Shown in pieces: positions 24,396 to 33,233 of a DNA stretch of 35,533 nucleotides. Numbering within the stretch: the first letter of the stretch is position 1; each line of letters begins with the position of its first letter. The notes below the pieces were generated by a model. The model did no database searches, was not told the origin of the DNA, and was given only the letters and a program-made list of their open reading frames with translations. Made by a program: the position numbers and the translations under genes. Source of the DNA: Ignavibacteriaceae bacterium (GTDB lineage Bacteria; Bacteroidota; Ignavibacteria; Ignavibacteriales; Ignavibacteriaceae); contig DATFVA010000454.1 in NCBI GenBank assembly GCA_035260565.1, positions 1 through 35,533 of the forward strand. The letters run 5' to 3'.

Positions 24396-27047
24396 TTATG
24401 AAAGGTTACTTAATATCTCTTTAAGCTTTTGCAGATTTTCCTCCCGGTCAGCTTTTTTATTACGTTCTTTCTCGACCACTTCAGGTGATGCGTTATTGAT
24501 AAATTTTTCATTAGCCAGTTTCTTTTCAATTCCTTTAAGTGTTCCTTCTACCCTGTCAATTTCCTTCTGAAGCCTTGCTCTTTCAACATCAAGATCGATA
24601 AGTCCTTCAAGAGGGATATATATTTCACATTGGTTTAAGACGGAAGATACGCTCGCCTTAGGTTTCTGAATTTGTGCATCAACCTTCACCTCTTCAACCC
24701 TTGCAAGCTTTTTAATATATTCGACCTGGTGATCTGCTACAAAGGATGATTTTATATAAGCTTTAACTAATTTGGAGGGAGGAATATTCATCTCTCCACG
24801 TATGGTTCGGATTGAGGTGATTATTTCCTGAACAAATTCCATTTCCTCCTCTGCCCTGGGATCAATTTTATCTGCATCAGCTTCAGGGTAACTGGAAATA
24901 ACAATGCTTTCATTTTCATTTCTTTCTTCAATCAGCTGCCAGAGCTCTTCTGTAATAAAAGGCATATACGGATGTACTATTTTAAGAAGATTTTCAAACA
25001 TGGTTAAAGACCGTGTGAGAACAGCGGATTTAACTTCATCATCGTCAGAGTACAATCTGTTCTTTGAAAGTTCTATAAACCAATCGCAGTAATCATTCCA
25101 TACAAAAGAATAAATAATCTTCGAGGCATTATTGATTTCAAACCTGTCCATTGAATCTTTCAACTGGAGCAGTGTTTTATTAAAGCGTGAAGCGATCCAC
25201 CTATCCGCAAAATCTATATGCTTATTCAGTAACCTCTTATCGACTGGAATCGTTTCCTTATTCATTAATAGAAACCTTCCTGCATTCCAAATTTTATTAG
25301 CAAAGTTTCTACCGAGCTCGCATTTTTCAACGCTGAACATTACATCCTGTCCCATGGGGGCAAGATAAACAACAGTAAACCTGAGAGCGTCAGCTCCATA
25401 ATCTCTTATCACCTCAAGAGGATCAGGTGAATTTCCAAGGGATTTACTCATTTTTCTTCCCTGGACATCTCTTATTACTGAGGTAAAGTAGACATTGCTG
25501 AAAGGAATTTCTCTTTTAAAATGGAGTCCGGCCATTATCATCCTTGCCACCCAGAAAAAGATTATATCGGGGGCAGTAACCAGCGTATTAGTAGGATAAT
25601 AATAATCCTGCTCCTCCTGTGTTTTAAAAACAGCATGCGCCCATAGCCAGCTTGACGCCCAGGTATCAAGCACATCTTCATCCTGTTTTAGATTCTCAGA
25701 TCCGCAATGCGGGCATTTATCAGGTTTTTCCACGGAGACTATCGGGTTTTTACACTCAAGAGTACAATGGTCATCACCGACGCAATACCAGACCGGGATC
25801 CGGTGGCCCCACCATAGCTGGCGTGATATACACCAATCGCTAATATTTTCCATCCAGTGTTTATAGGTTTTTACCCAATGGTTGGGATAAAAACTTACTT
25901 CGCCCTCCTCAACAGCTTTAAGAGCTGGTTTTGCAAGGTCATTCATTTTCATAAACCATTGCTCTGAGAGATACGGCTCTATAGGAACGCCGCCTCTTTC
26001 AGAATACCCAATCTTATTCTGGTAATCTTCAATTTTTTCCAGAAGCTTAAGATCTTCCATCTTTGCCACGACTTTTTTGCGGACTTCATATCTGTCAAGC
26101 TGACTGAAGTCATTAGGTACATTATTATTAGTTGTACCATCCTCGTTAAAAATATTTATTGAATCCAGATGATGTCTCTTACCCATTTCATAATCATTTA
26201 TATCATGCGCAGGAGTCACTTTCACAGCGCCGGTTCCAAAATCCATATCGACATAATCATCGGCAAAAACAGGGATTTCACGGTCTGCTATCGGAAGCAA
26301 AACTGTTTTACCTATTAAATCCCTGTACCTTTTATCCTCGGGATTGACTGCAATGCCTGTATCGCCAAGCATCGTTTCGGGACGGGTGGTTGCCACGGTA
26401 ATGAATTTATCACTATCTGTTACAGGATATTTAAAATACCAGAGCTTACTGCTGACATTCCTGTATATGACTTCTTCATTTGAAATAGCCGAACGTGATG
26501 CTGGATCCCAGTTGACCATTCTATAGCCGCGATATATTTTGCCTTCATTATAAAGTTGAACAAAGGCCTTAATTACCTCTTTATAATAATCATCATCCAT
26601 AGTAAAGCGTTCACGATCCCAGTCGCAGCTTACCCCAAGTTTTTTTAACTGCTGTATAATAATACCGCCGTATTTTTCCGTCCATTCCCAGCAATATTTT
26701 ATAAACTCATCCCTGCCGATTTCCTTTTTTTCGACATTCTGTTCTTTTAGATAGTTTGTTACTTTTGATTCAGTTGCAATAGAGGCATGGTCGGTACCAG
26801 GGACCCAGCAGGCATTATACCCCTGCATTCTTCTGGTACGGATAAAAATATCCTGCAGGGTATTATTAAGAATATGTCCCATTGTAAGGATACCAGTCAC
26901 ATTCGGAGGTGGAATTACAATTGTGTATGGTTCTTTTGTGCTATCAATTTCCGAATGAAAAAACTTCTTCTCAAGCCAGAACTTATACCATTTATCTTCT
27001 ACCGAAGCGGGATCGTAAGCCTTGGGTATTTCGGTTTGCGACATCAA
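24396..27047 (-). CDS. valS: Valine--tRNA ligase
   Basis: 883-aa ORF with the HIGH-region PPPNVTGILTMGH, the KMSKS motif, the CP1 editing domain and a C-terminal coiled coil. Confidence 0.97.
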   Translation of the reverse strand: MMSQTEIPKAYDPASVEDKWYKFWLEKKFFHSEIDSTKEPYTIVIPPPNVTGILTMGHILNNTLQDIFIRTRRMQGYNACWVPGTDHASIATESKVTNYLKEQNVEKKEIGRDEFIKYCWEWTEKYGGIIIQQLKKLGVSCDWDRERFTMDDDYYKEVIKAFVQLYNEGKIYRGYRMVNWDPASRSAISNEEVIYRNVSSKLWYFKYPVTDSDKFITVATTRPETMLGDTGIAVNPEDKRYRDLIGKTVLLPIADREIPVFADDYVDMDFGTGAVKVTPAHDINDYEMGKRHHLDSINIFNEDGTTNNNVPNDFSQLDRYEVRKKVVAKMEDLKLLEKIEDYQNKIGYSERGGVPIEPYLSEQWFMKMNDLAKPALKAVEEGEVSFYPNHWVKTYKHWMENISDWCISRQLWWGHRIPVWYCVGDDHCTLECKNPIVSVEKPDKCPHCGSENLKQDEDVLDTWASSWLWAHAVFKTQEEQDYYYPTNTLVTAPDIIFFWVARMIMAGLHFKREIPFSNVYFTSVIRDVQGRKMSKSLGNSPDPLEVIRDYGADALRFTVVYLAPMGQDVMFSVEKCELGRNFANKIWNAGRFLLMNKETIPVDKRLLNKHIDFADRWIASRFNKTLLQLKDSMDRFEINNASKIIYSFVWNDYCDWFIELSKNRLYSDDDEVKSAVLTRSLTMFENLLKIVHPYMPFITEELWQLIEERNENESIVISSYPEADADKIDPRAEEEMEFVQEIITSIRTIRGEMNIPPSKLVKAYIKSSFVADHQVEYIKKLARVEEVKVDAQIQKPKASVSSVLNQCEIYIPLEGLIDLDVERARLQKEIDRVEGTLKGIEKKLANEKFINNASPEVVEKERNKKADREENLQKLKEILSNLS

Positions 27048-27076
27048 AATCCTTTGTTTTTAGTGAAATTAAGTTA

Positions 27077-27084
27077 CAAATATA
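27077..27084 (-). promoter_or_regulatory. Candidate TAnnTTTG -7 promoter box for valS
   Basis: The minus strand reads TATATTTG 30 nt upstream of the valS ATG. This is a motif match only. Confidence 0.35.
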
Positions 27085-27210
27085 AGTAAATTTTGAGTAT
27101 GGGTGAGAGAAGAATTTATGGGTGATTTATATGACCATCTCTTTAAAATATATTTCATTTCTGTCCGTCTATATAAGTGATATTTCTTTTTTACCGGAAA
27201 GGATTTTATT

Positions 27211-27426
27211 ATGAAAATGCTGATCCTTAAAACCAATATTAACTTAAAGGACGATTTTATTTCAATGAAGAATAGTTTGAGCCGTTCTTTTGACATCAAT
27301 GAATGTACTATAGACCTTGATGACACGGACAAAGTTGTTAGGGTAATTGGAAGGAGGCTTAATAAAAACGAAGTTTTAGAAAGGATCAATAGTCTGGGTT
27401 ATGTGTGCGAAGAACTACCTGATTAA
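27211..27426 (+). CDS. Small (71 aa) ferredoxin-like / HMA-like fold protein without CxxC
   Basis: The SD aaagga lies 8 nt upstream. The residue pattern is compatible with a beta-alpha-beta-beta-alpha-beta fold (ILKTNI..., TIDL, VVRVIG, ...LGYVCEEL). No metal-binding Cys pair is present. Confidence 0.5.
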   Translation: MKMLILKTNINLKDDFISMKNSLSRSFDINECTIDLDDTDKVVRVIGRRLNKNEVLERINSLGYVCEELPD

Positions 27427-27525
27427 AGAGGTTTAGGTAGAAAGGGCGGGAATGAGAGTGGGGAGACGAAGAGACAGAGCGACGCAGAGAGATCTATGGT
27501 CGGAGAGTCAACCAATAGTCCGGAA

Positions 27526-28182
27526 TCATCGGATAAAGTATTGAAAGTCGGGTATCTTAACCTGGATACCGTGGTAAGCACCATTAAGATCACTCCATTG
27601 ATCACCTACGGTACCTTCAATCTTGTATCCTTTTTCCTTAAGCTGTGTTCTCTTCTCTGATTTGAAACTCTCGGAACTGATGCCGGAATAATTTTTATCC
27701 TTAACTATGAGTGTATCGAATTTTGTGAATCCCGCACTAACCAGATTTTTGTATGTCGCATTGAATTGATTTTCTTTTCTTGCGGTAAGGAATATTACCC
27801 GGAAATTTTTATCCACAAGGTAGTTATACAGATTTAAGACCTCAATAACAGGGGGTGCCTTCGCACTATCAATCCACATATCGAAATATTCTGGCACATA
27901 ACCAAAGTCGCAGTTTTTATTATATTCATAATTGGAAAGGGCAGTCTCATCCACATCAAAAACAACGGCAGACTTTTCAGAGGGAGTAATTTTATCAAAC
28001 TGAGCAATAGCTTCATTTACAGACCTTTCAGCATCTCTATGAAAATCCCCGCTTTCATGGTATCTGATTATTGCATCTTTAACAAAGCTTAAGTTTACAA
28101 GATAAACAGGTTGTGAGGAACATCCGTATAAAACAGATATAAAAATTACAACAGATAGAAACAGAGACCTTGAGCCCATCAA
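27526..28182 (-). CDS. Class B / HAD-IIIB acid phosphatase lipoprotein
   Basis: Features are a lipobox VLYGCSS and the HAD motifs VVFDVDETALSN (DxDxT), FLTARKE and VGDQWSDL. Confidence 0.8.
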   Translation of the reverse strand: MMGSRSLFLSVVIFISVLYGCSSQPVYLVNLSFVKDAIIRYHESGDFHRDAERSVNEAIAQFDKITPSEKSAVVFDVDETALSNYEYNKNCDFGYVPEYFDMWIDSAKAPPVIEVLNLYNYLVDKNFRVIFLTARKENQFNATYKNLVSAGFTKFDTLIVKDKNYSGISSESFKSEKRTQLKEKGYKIEGTVGDQWSDLNGAYHGIQVKIPDFQYFIR

Positions 28183-28254
28183 TAATTCCCTGATTGTTTG
28201 TAAAAAGGATTAAAATAAACACAAATTTCTGATAAAATACAAGTGAACCTTAGC

Positions 28255-29061
28255 CTATTGTTCAATTCCAAAGAAGAACAACAAAGGTCTCGCCAGTCTG
28301 TCTGCCCAGGCAGCTTCATTATGTTCAGCTCCCGGAGCGTAGAAGTAATCGATATTAGTCCCGATAACAAATCCCATTTGTGTTAATAAAGCAAACATTT
28401 TCTGTCCCCTGCTTAAACCATCTTCACCGTGATCGATATAAATCTTTAATCCTTTGGGCGGTTTATGATATTCCTTTACTGTTTTAAATATCTTGTCATC
28501 ATCATAATAGAAGGAGCTCGACATACACCCCGCCATCGAGAAGACATCGGAATGTTTCCAGGCAGTAAGAAAAGAAATCAGACCTCCCATTGATGAGCCC
28601 ATAACGGCAGTATTTTTTGAATCTGAAAGCGTTCTATATTTTGAATCAATGAAGATTTTTAATTCTTCAATCAGAAATTTTATATACTTATTTCCCTTTT
28701 TCGAATCACTGTATTCCTCAAGCCTGTCCTTACTATTATTAATTCCCACGATAATTAGTTCTCTCAGCCGACCGGCTTTAATAAGTTTTGTTACAGTTTC
28801 ATCGATCTGCCAGTCAACTCCCATAAAAGAAGTTGAAGGATCGATGAGATTCTGGCCATCGTGCATATAGAGTACAGGATATTTTTTCGAAGGTTGCAGA
28901 GAGTAAGAAGGCGGCAGCCACACGAATACATCTCTTTGATTTGAGAGATATGCGGAGGGGAAATTAGGGTGAAAATTAACTTTACCCACAATTCTCTTTC
29001 TCCCCCTGTAAGACTTCACGGAACTTTTTGAGGGTTTTATTTCAGAATCCTGTTTTTTCAT
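28255..29061 (-). CDS. Alpha/beta-hydrolase esterase (putative-esterase / enterochelin-esterase-like family)
   Basis: Features are VWLPPSY...YPVLYMHDGQN, the nucleophile elbow GSSMGG and the C-terminal GAEHNEAAW (catalytic His context). Confidence 0.75.
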   Translation of the reverse strand: MKKQDSEIKPSKSSVKSYRGRKRIVGKVNFHPNFPSAYLSNQRDVFVWLPPSYSLQPSKKYPVLYMHDGQNLIDPSTSFMGVDWQIDETVTKLIKAGRLRELIIVGINNSKDRLEEYSDSKKGNKYIKFLIEELKIFIDSKYRTLSDSKNTAVMGSSMGGLISFLTAWKHSDVFSMAGCMSSSFYYDDDKIFKTVKEYHKPPKGLKIYIDHGEDGLSRGQKMFALLTQMGFVIGTNIDYFYAPGAEHNEAAWADRLARPLLFFFGIEQ

Positions 29062-29107
29062 TTCTGATCACAAAAATGCCTTAACTATCCAAAAATAGAA
29101 ATACTTT

Positions 29108-29130
29108 ATGAATCAGCAAAAATGATTCAT
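29108..29130. promoter_or_regulatory. Perfect 8-bp inverted repeat (candidate operator) in a divergent intergenic region
   Basis: The sequence is atgaatca-gcaaaaa-tgattcat. It lies between the esterase (minus) and DUF1015/serC (plus) genes. Confidence 0.35.
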
Positions 29131-29234
29131 TCCAATTTTATTTAAGAATTCCTGGGGGACAAATAGCATATTTACAATATTTTATGGATTTTAAACGTCA
29201 TACTTTTACAGTTTTTAAGGAGATTTCGATAATT

Positions 29235-30482
29235 ATGGCAGTTATAAGACCTTTCAAAGCGTTAAGACCCTCAAAAGATAGAGCAAAAATAGTCGCAAGC
29301 GTACCATATGATGTGGTTAACAGGAAAGAAGCAAAAGATCAAGCCGAAGGTAATTCTCTTAGTTTCCTGAGAGTAACCCGTTCGGAGATAGAATTAGATG
29401 ACAGCATTAGTCCCTACTCGGATGAGGTATATAAGAGAGCAAAAGACAATCTGAATCGATTAAAAAAAGAAGCCCCGCTAGTTACAGAAGACAGACCTCA
29501 TTTTTACTTATACAGACTTGAAATGAATGGCAAATCACAGGTAGGTATAGCGGCTACTTTCTCTGTTGATGATTATGAAAAAGACATAATACTCAAGCAT
29601 GAAAAGACACGGCGAGAAAAAGAAGATGACCGCACAAATCATATAATAACCACTGAAGCTCAAACTGGAATAGTTTTTTTAACTTACCGGGGTGTAGATA
29701 CTGTTAATAAGATCGTGAACGATACAATGAAAGAAGATAAGCCCGAGTACGATTTCATATCAGAGGACGGAATTAAGCACACTGTATGGATTGTTCCTGA
29801 GAAATACAATGATAAGATTATTTATGAATTCAAAAAAATAGAACATTTATACATTGCAGACGGCCATCATCGGGCAGCGAGTGCAGCAAGAGCACGAAAT
29901 GTAAAAAGAGAAAAAAATAAGAACCATAAGGGCGATGAAGAATATAATTATTTTATCTCGGTCATTTTCCCTGCAGAGCAATTAAATATTTTACCTTACA
30001 ACCGTGTTGTCTCCGATCTGAACCATCTCTCAAAAGAGGAGTTTCTCGACAAGATTAGCGAGAAGTTCAGTATAGAAAAATCCGGGAAGAAAGAACCCGA
30101 GTCAGGAAAAAAATACGGTATGTACCTGGATGGAGAATGGTATATGCTGAAAGCAAGGGATTCAATCCTGGCAAGCAATTTCCTTTCTAATTCAGTCGCT
30201 GAAACCCTGGATGCCAGCATTCTCCAGGATTTTCTTCTCAACCCTATTCTGGGCATCGATGACCCACGTACGAACAAAAGAATAGATTTCATCGGCGGCA
30301 TCCGTGGGACAAAAGAACTCGAAAAACTGGTGAATTCCGGAGAAGCTGCTGCTGCATTTTGTTTATACCCGGTTTCTTTAAATGACCTTATGGGTATTTC
30401 TGATGCAGGCGAAATAATGCCGCCTAAATCAACATGGTTTGAGCCCAAATTAAGGGACGGGCTTCTGGTTCATACTATTTAA
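29235..30482 (+). CDS. DUF1015-family protein (function unknown)
   Basis: I chose the start at MAVIRPFKALRP, the typical family N-terminus as I recall it, with the SD aaggag upstream; the ORF track starts at 29184. IADGHHR and the C-terminal PPKSTWFEPKL are also present. Confidence 0.8.
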   Translation: MAVIRPFKALRPSKDRAKIVASVPYDVVNRKEAKDQAEGNSLSFLRVTRSEIELDDSISPYSDEVYKRAKDNLNRLKKEAPLVTEDRPHFYLYRLEMNGKSQVGIAATFSVDDYEKDIILKHEKTRREKEDDRTNHIITTEAQTGIVFLTYRGVDTVNKIVNDTMKEDKPEYDFISEDGIKHTVWIVPEKYNDKIIYEFKKIEHLYIADGHHRAASAARARNVKREKNKNHKGDEEYNYFISVIFPAEQLNILPYNRVVSDLNHLSKEEFLDKISEKFSIEKSGKKEPESGKKYGMYLDGEWYMLKARDSILASNFLSNSVAETLDASILQDFLLNPILGIDDPRTNKRIDFIGGIRGTKELEKLVNSGEAAAAFCLYPVSLNDLMGISDAGEIMPPKSTWFEPKLRDGLLVHTI

Positions 30483-30522
30483 ATTAAACACAAACTGAAA
30501 CATAAGAAGGGAAGATCTGAAA

Positions 30523-31611
30523 ATGGAAAAAAGAATAAATAACTTCAGTGCAGGTCCTGCAATTCTGCCTGAAGATGTATTGAAAGAAGCACAGGAAAAC
30601 CTAATGTCACTTCCCGGTGTGGGAATGTCGATATTGGAAATAAGTCACCGGTCAAAAACATTTGATAAAATCATCGCCGATGCGAAAGCTGATCTCAAAG
30701 AACTTATGGGAATAAGTGATGATTATTCTCTGCTTTTTCTGCAGGGTGGGGCCAGCCTTCAATTCTCAATGGTGCCTTTAAATCTAATGCCCCCGGCCAA
30801 TAAAGCAGATTATATAGTGACCGGCAGCTGGTCAAAGAAAGCAGTTAAAGAAGCCAAGCGAGTAGGCACCGTAAACATTGCAGCCACAACTGAAGAAGGG
30901 AAATTCAAGAGAATCCCGAAGCAGGAAGAACTCAAACTAGATCCCGGAGCTTCCTATGTTCATTTTACATCAAACAATACCATTTACGGAACTGAATTTC
31001 ATTATGAACCTGAAACAGGCAACGTCCCGCTTGTCTGCGACGCGTCATCGGATATACTTTCAAGAAAGATTAATGTAAACAAGTATGCTCTGATATATGC
31101 TGGTGCACAGAAAAATATGGGACCATCCGGCGTTACTTTTGTTATCATTAGAAAAGATATGGTAGAAAGAAGCAGTGATACTCTTCATACAATGCTCAAT
31201 TATAAAATACATGTTGATGCTGACTCGCTTTACAACACTCCCACTGTATTCGGTGTCTATATTATCGGGCTTGTAACGAAATGGCTAAAGAAAAACGGCG
31301 GACTTGATGCAATGTATAAAACAAATAAAGAAAAAGCAGACCTGCTTTATAAATGTATAGATGGAAGCGGCGGATATTACAAAGGTCATGCAGAAAAAGA
31401 CAGCCGCTCATTAATGAATGTAACTTTCAATCTTAACTCCGAGGAACTTGAAAAGAAACTTGTTGATGAAGCTTCTAAAAATGGTTTCAGCGGGTTAAAA
31501 GGTCACCGTTCTGTCGGCGGATTAAGGGCCTCAATATACAATGCATTCCCGAAAAAGGGAGTAGAAGAGCTTGTAAGTTTTATGAAAGACTTCCAGAAAA
31601 ATAATGGCTGA
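30523..31611 (+). CDS. serC: Phosphoserine aminotransferase
   Basis: Features are the N-terminal NFSAGPAILPEDVL, the PLP-lysine context YAGAQKNMGPSG and the C-terminal GGLRASIYNAFP. It starts 40 nt after the DUF1015 gene. Confidence 0.95.
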   Translation: MEKRINNFSAGPAILPEDVLKEAQENLMSLPGVGMSILEISHRSKTFDKIIADAKADLKELMGISDDYSLLFLQGGASLQFSMVPLNLMPPANKADYIVTGSWSKKAVKEAKRVGTVNIAATTEEGKFKRIPKQEELKLDPGASYVHFTSNNTIYGTEFHYEPETGNVPLVCDASSDILSRKINVNKYALIYAGAQKNMGPSGVTFVIIRKDMVERSSDTLHTMLNYKIHVDADSLYNTPTVFGVYIIGLVTKWLKKNGGLDAMYKTNKEKADLLYKCIDGSGGYYKGHAEKDSRSLMNVTFNLNSEELEKKLVDEASKNGFSGLKGHRSVGGLRASIYNAFPKKGVEELVSFMKDFQKNNG

Positions 31612-31642
31612 TCTTTAAAAAGTTAAACGCGGGAGATTTATT

Positions 31643-32068
31643 ATGAAGGCAGTACTTATTTCGTCTTTTTGTTTGCTGATGCTTTTTAGTTCCTGCTCGA
31701 AGGATGAAAAGAGGCTTGAAGCTTTCAATGCCGAAGCATTTGCTTACGACCTTGGAAACAGCTGGGAAGTGGATGCATCTGTCCGCGTTAAAGGTTTTAA
31801 ACAGAATGAGAACAATAATAAGTTCACCACAACATTAAGCTACAACATTGACCTGGTTAAACCTGCGGGTGATATAATGAAATCCCTGGTAAGCAAGACT
31901 GAGGATAAATCAAATGATGAAGAATTTATGGATGTCCCTATCGAGATACAATTTGATCTTGATTCAACATATGCAGATGGTGAATATAAATTAGTCTTTA
32001 ATGTTAAAGATGCTGAATCCGGTAAAACGGCTTCAGCATCAGCTTCTTTTAGTTTGAAAAAAGACTAA
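31643..32068 (+). CDS. Hypothetical lipoprotein
   Basis: 141-aa ORF with the lipobox LFSSCSK. No family was recognised. Confidence 0.55.
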   Translation: MKAVLISSFCLLMLFSSCSKDEKRLEAFNAEAFAYDLGNSWEVDASVRVKGFKQNENNNKFTTTLSYNIDLVKPAGDIMKSLVSKTEDKSNDEEFMDVPIEIQFDLDSTYADGEYKLVFNVKDAESGKTASASASFSLKKD

Positions 32069-32080
32069 ACGGGAAGAAGG

Positions 32081-32569
32081 TTAATCCCTGGCATAGCTTA
32101 ATTTTGTCGTCATTGAAGTACCTTCATTTTCTCCCTCCAGGGTTACCGTCATTGAATCTTCCGCAGTATGCCTATAAGTAATTGTCTGCGGGTATCCCTC
32201 ATCCTCATTTTCAAAGACAGCCAACGAATCACTAACAGAAGTTAATTTCAAAGCCACCTGCTGATCACCAGGAAGCTTTATAGCATAGTATACCTGGTTA
32301 TTATTTTGTTCAATACGCATATCCTGCGAAAAAACACGTTTCCCGTTTACATCAGTTGTATAACTTATACCTTCCATCAGACGGAAATTCTTTTTATGCC
32401 AGCTTTCATAAAGCTTAGCATCCCCCTGTTTCCCACGCCAGATATTTTGCATCCAGCTTAACTTATTAAAGCTTCCAAGATCTTCAGTTTTTTGTTCCTG
32501 CGTATCACATCCTATAATAATGGCGCAAAAAATTAAGGTTGCTATTATGTTTATTCTAATAATTTTCAT
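32081..32569 (-). CDS. Hypothetical lipoprotein
   Basis: 162-aa ORF with the lipobox IIIGCDT. No family was confidently recognised. Confidence 0.55.
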   Translation of the reverse strand: MKIIRINIIATLIFCAIIIGCDTQEQKTEDLGSFNKLSWMQNIWRGKQGDAKLYESWHKKNFRLMEGISYTTDVNGKRVFSQDMRIEQNNNQVYYAIKLPGDQQVALKLTSVSDSLAVFENEDEGYPQTITYRHTAEDSMTVTLEGENEGTSMTTKLSYARD

Positions 32570-32677
32570 TCTATACTTCAGTTATTACTATTGAATTAAG
32601 GTAAAATATTATGGTTTCCGCTGGTGTGAATTAAAAAACAGAAGACCGAAAGTGTGCGGTAATTTGAATAATTTGGG

Positions 32678-33064
32678 TTAGTTGTGACTAATATATTTTT
32701 CCGGAATGAGTTTTCGTCCTGCATATCCGGCTTCAATCTCGTGGTAATAAATGACGTTGTCTTCGTCACTTCTCCAGCACAGAAATACTTCCTGGCCGTC
32801 AATTATAGCCGGAAAATCAACCAGGCCAATAGAAAAGTTCCAATCCTTGTAATAGCAGCCTATTTCCTCAAGTTCAGCCATAAACCCGTTCAGTTGAGCT
32901 GCCAATTTTTTAACCCCGGGATCCGATTCAATCACACCATCTTTATCCTCTGTAAGAAGCCTTATTTCGCGTGATGTATTCAGAATATCCTCTACAATTT
33001 TCCTAACGAGAGGTAGAGTGCTATGAGCCTCTTCAGGAGTAAAATATCTGGTAGCAGTAATCAT
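32678..33064 (-). CDS. DUF2203-family protein
   Basis: 128-aa ORF whose N-terminal FTPEEAHSTLPLVRKIVEDIL is typical of the family as I recall it, along with the conserved LCWR segment. Confidence 0.7.
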   Translation of the reverse strand: MITATRYFTPEEAHSTLPLVRKIVEDILNTSREIRLLTEDKDGVIESDPGVKKLAAQLNGFMAELEEIGCYYKDWNFSIGLVDFPAIIDGQEVFLCWRSDEDNVIYYHEIEAGYAGRKLIPEKYISHN

Positions 33065-33195
33065 AAGTTCCTTCCTTGGTTAGCTGTCTTAAAATTACAA
33101 TATTATTTTATCAAAAAAAGTTCAAAATTATCATAACTATGTAAATTTTTTGTACGGTCACAATATCTTGCCTCAAATCAAGAAGTATTATTAAG

Positions 33196-33203
33196 TAATT
33201 TTG
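33196..33203 (+). promoter_or_regulatory. Candidate TAnnTTTG -7 promoter box for the metallophosphoesterase gene
   Basis: The exact sequence TAATTTTG lies 30 nt upstream of ATG 33234. This is a motif match only. Confidence 0.35.
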
Positions 33204-33233
33204 TAATACTAATCATACGATTACAGACAAACG

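Noticed and set aside
32596-32802. 68-aa minus-strand ORF overlapping the DUF2203 3' end; also the 63-aa ORF at 28179-28370.
   Set aside because: Both overlap supported CDSs in another frame and have no SD and no recognisable motifs. They are probably spurious.
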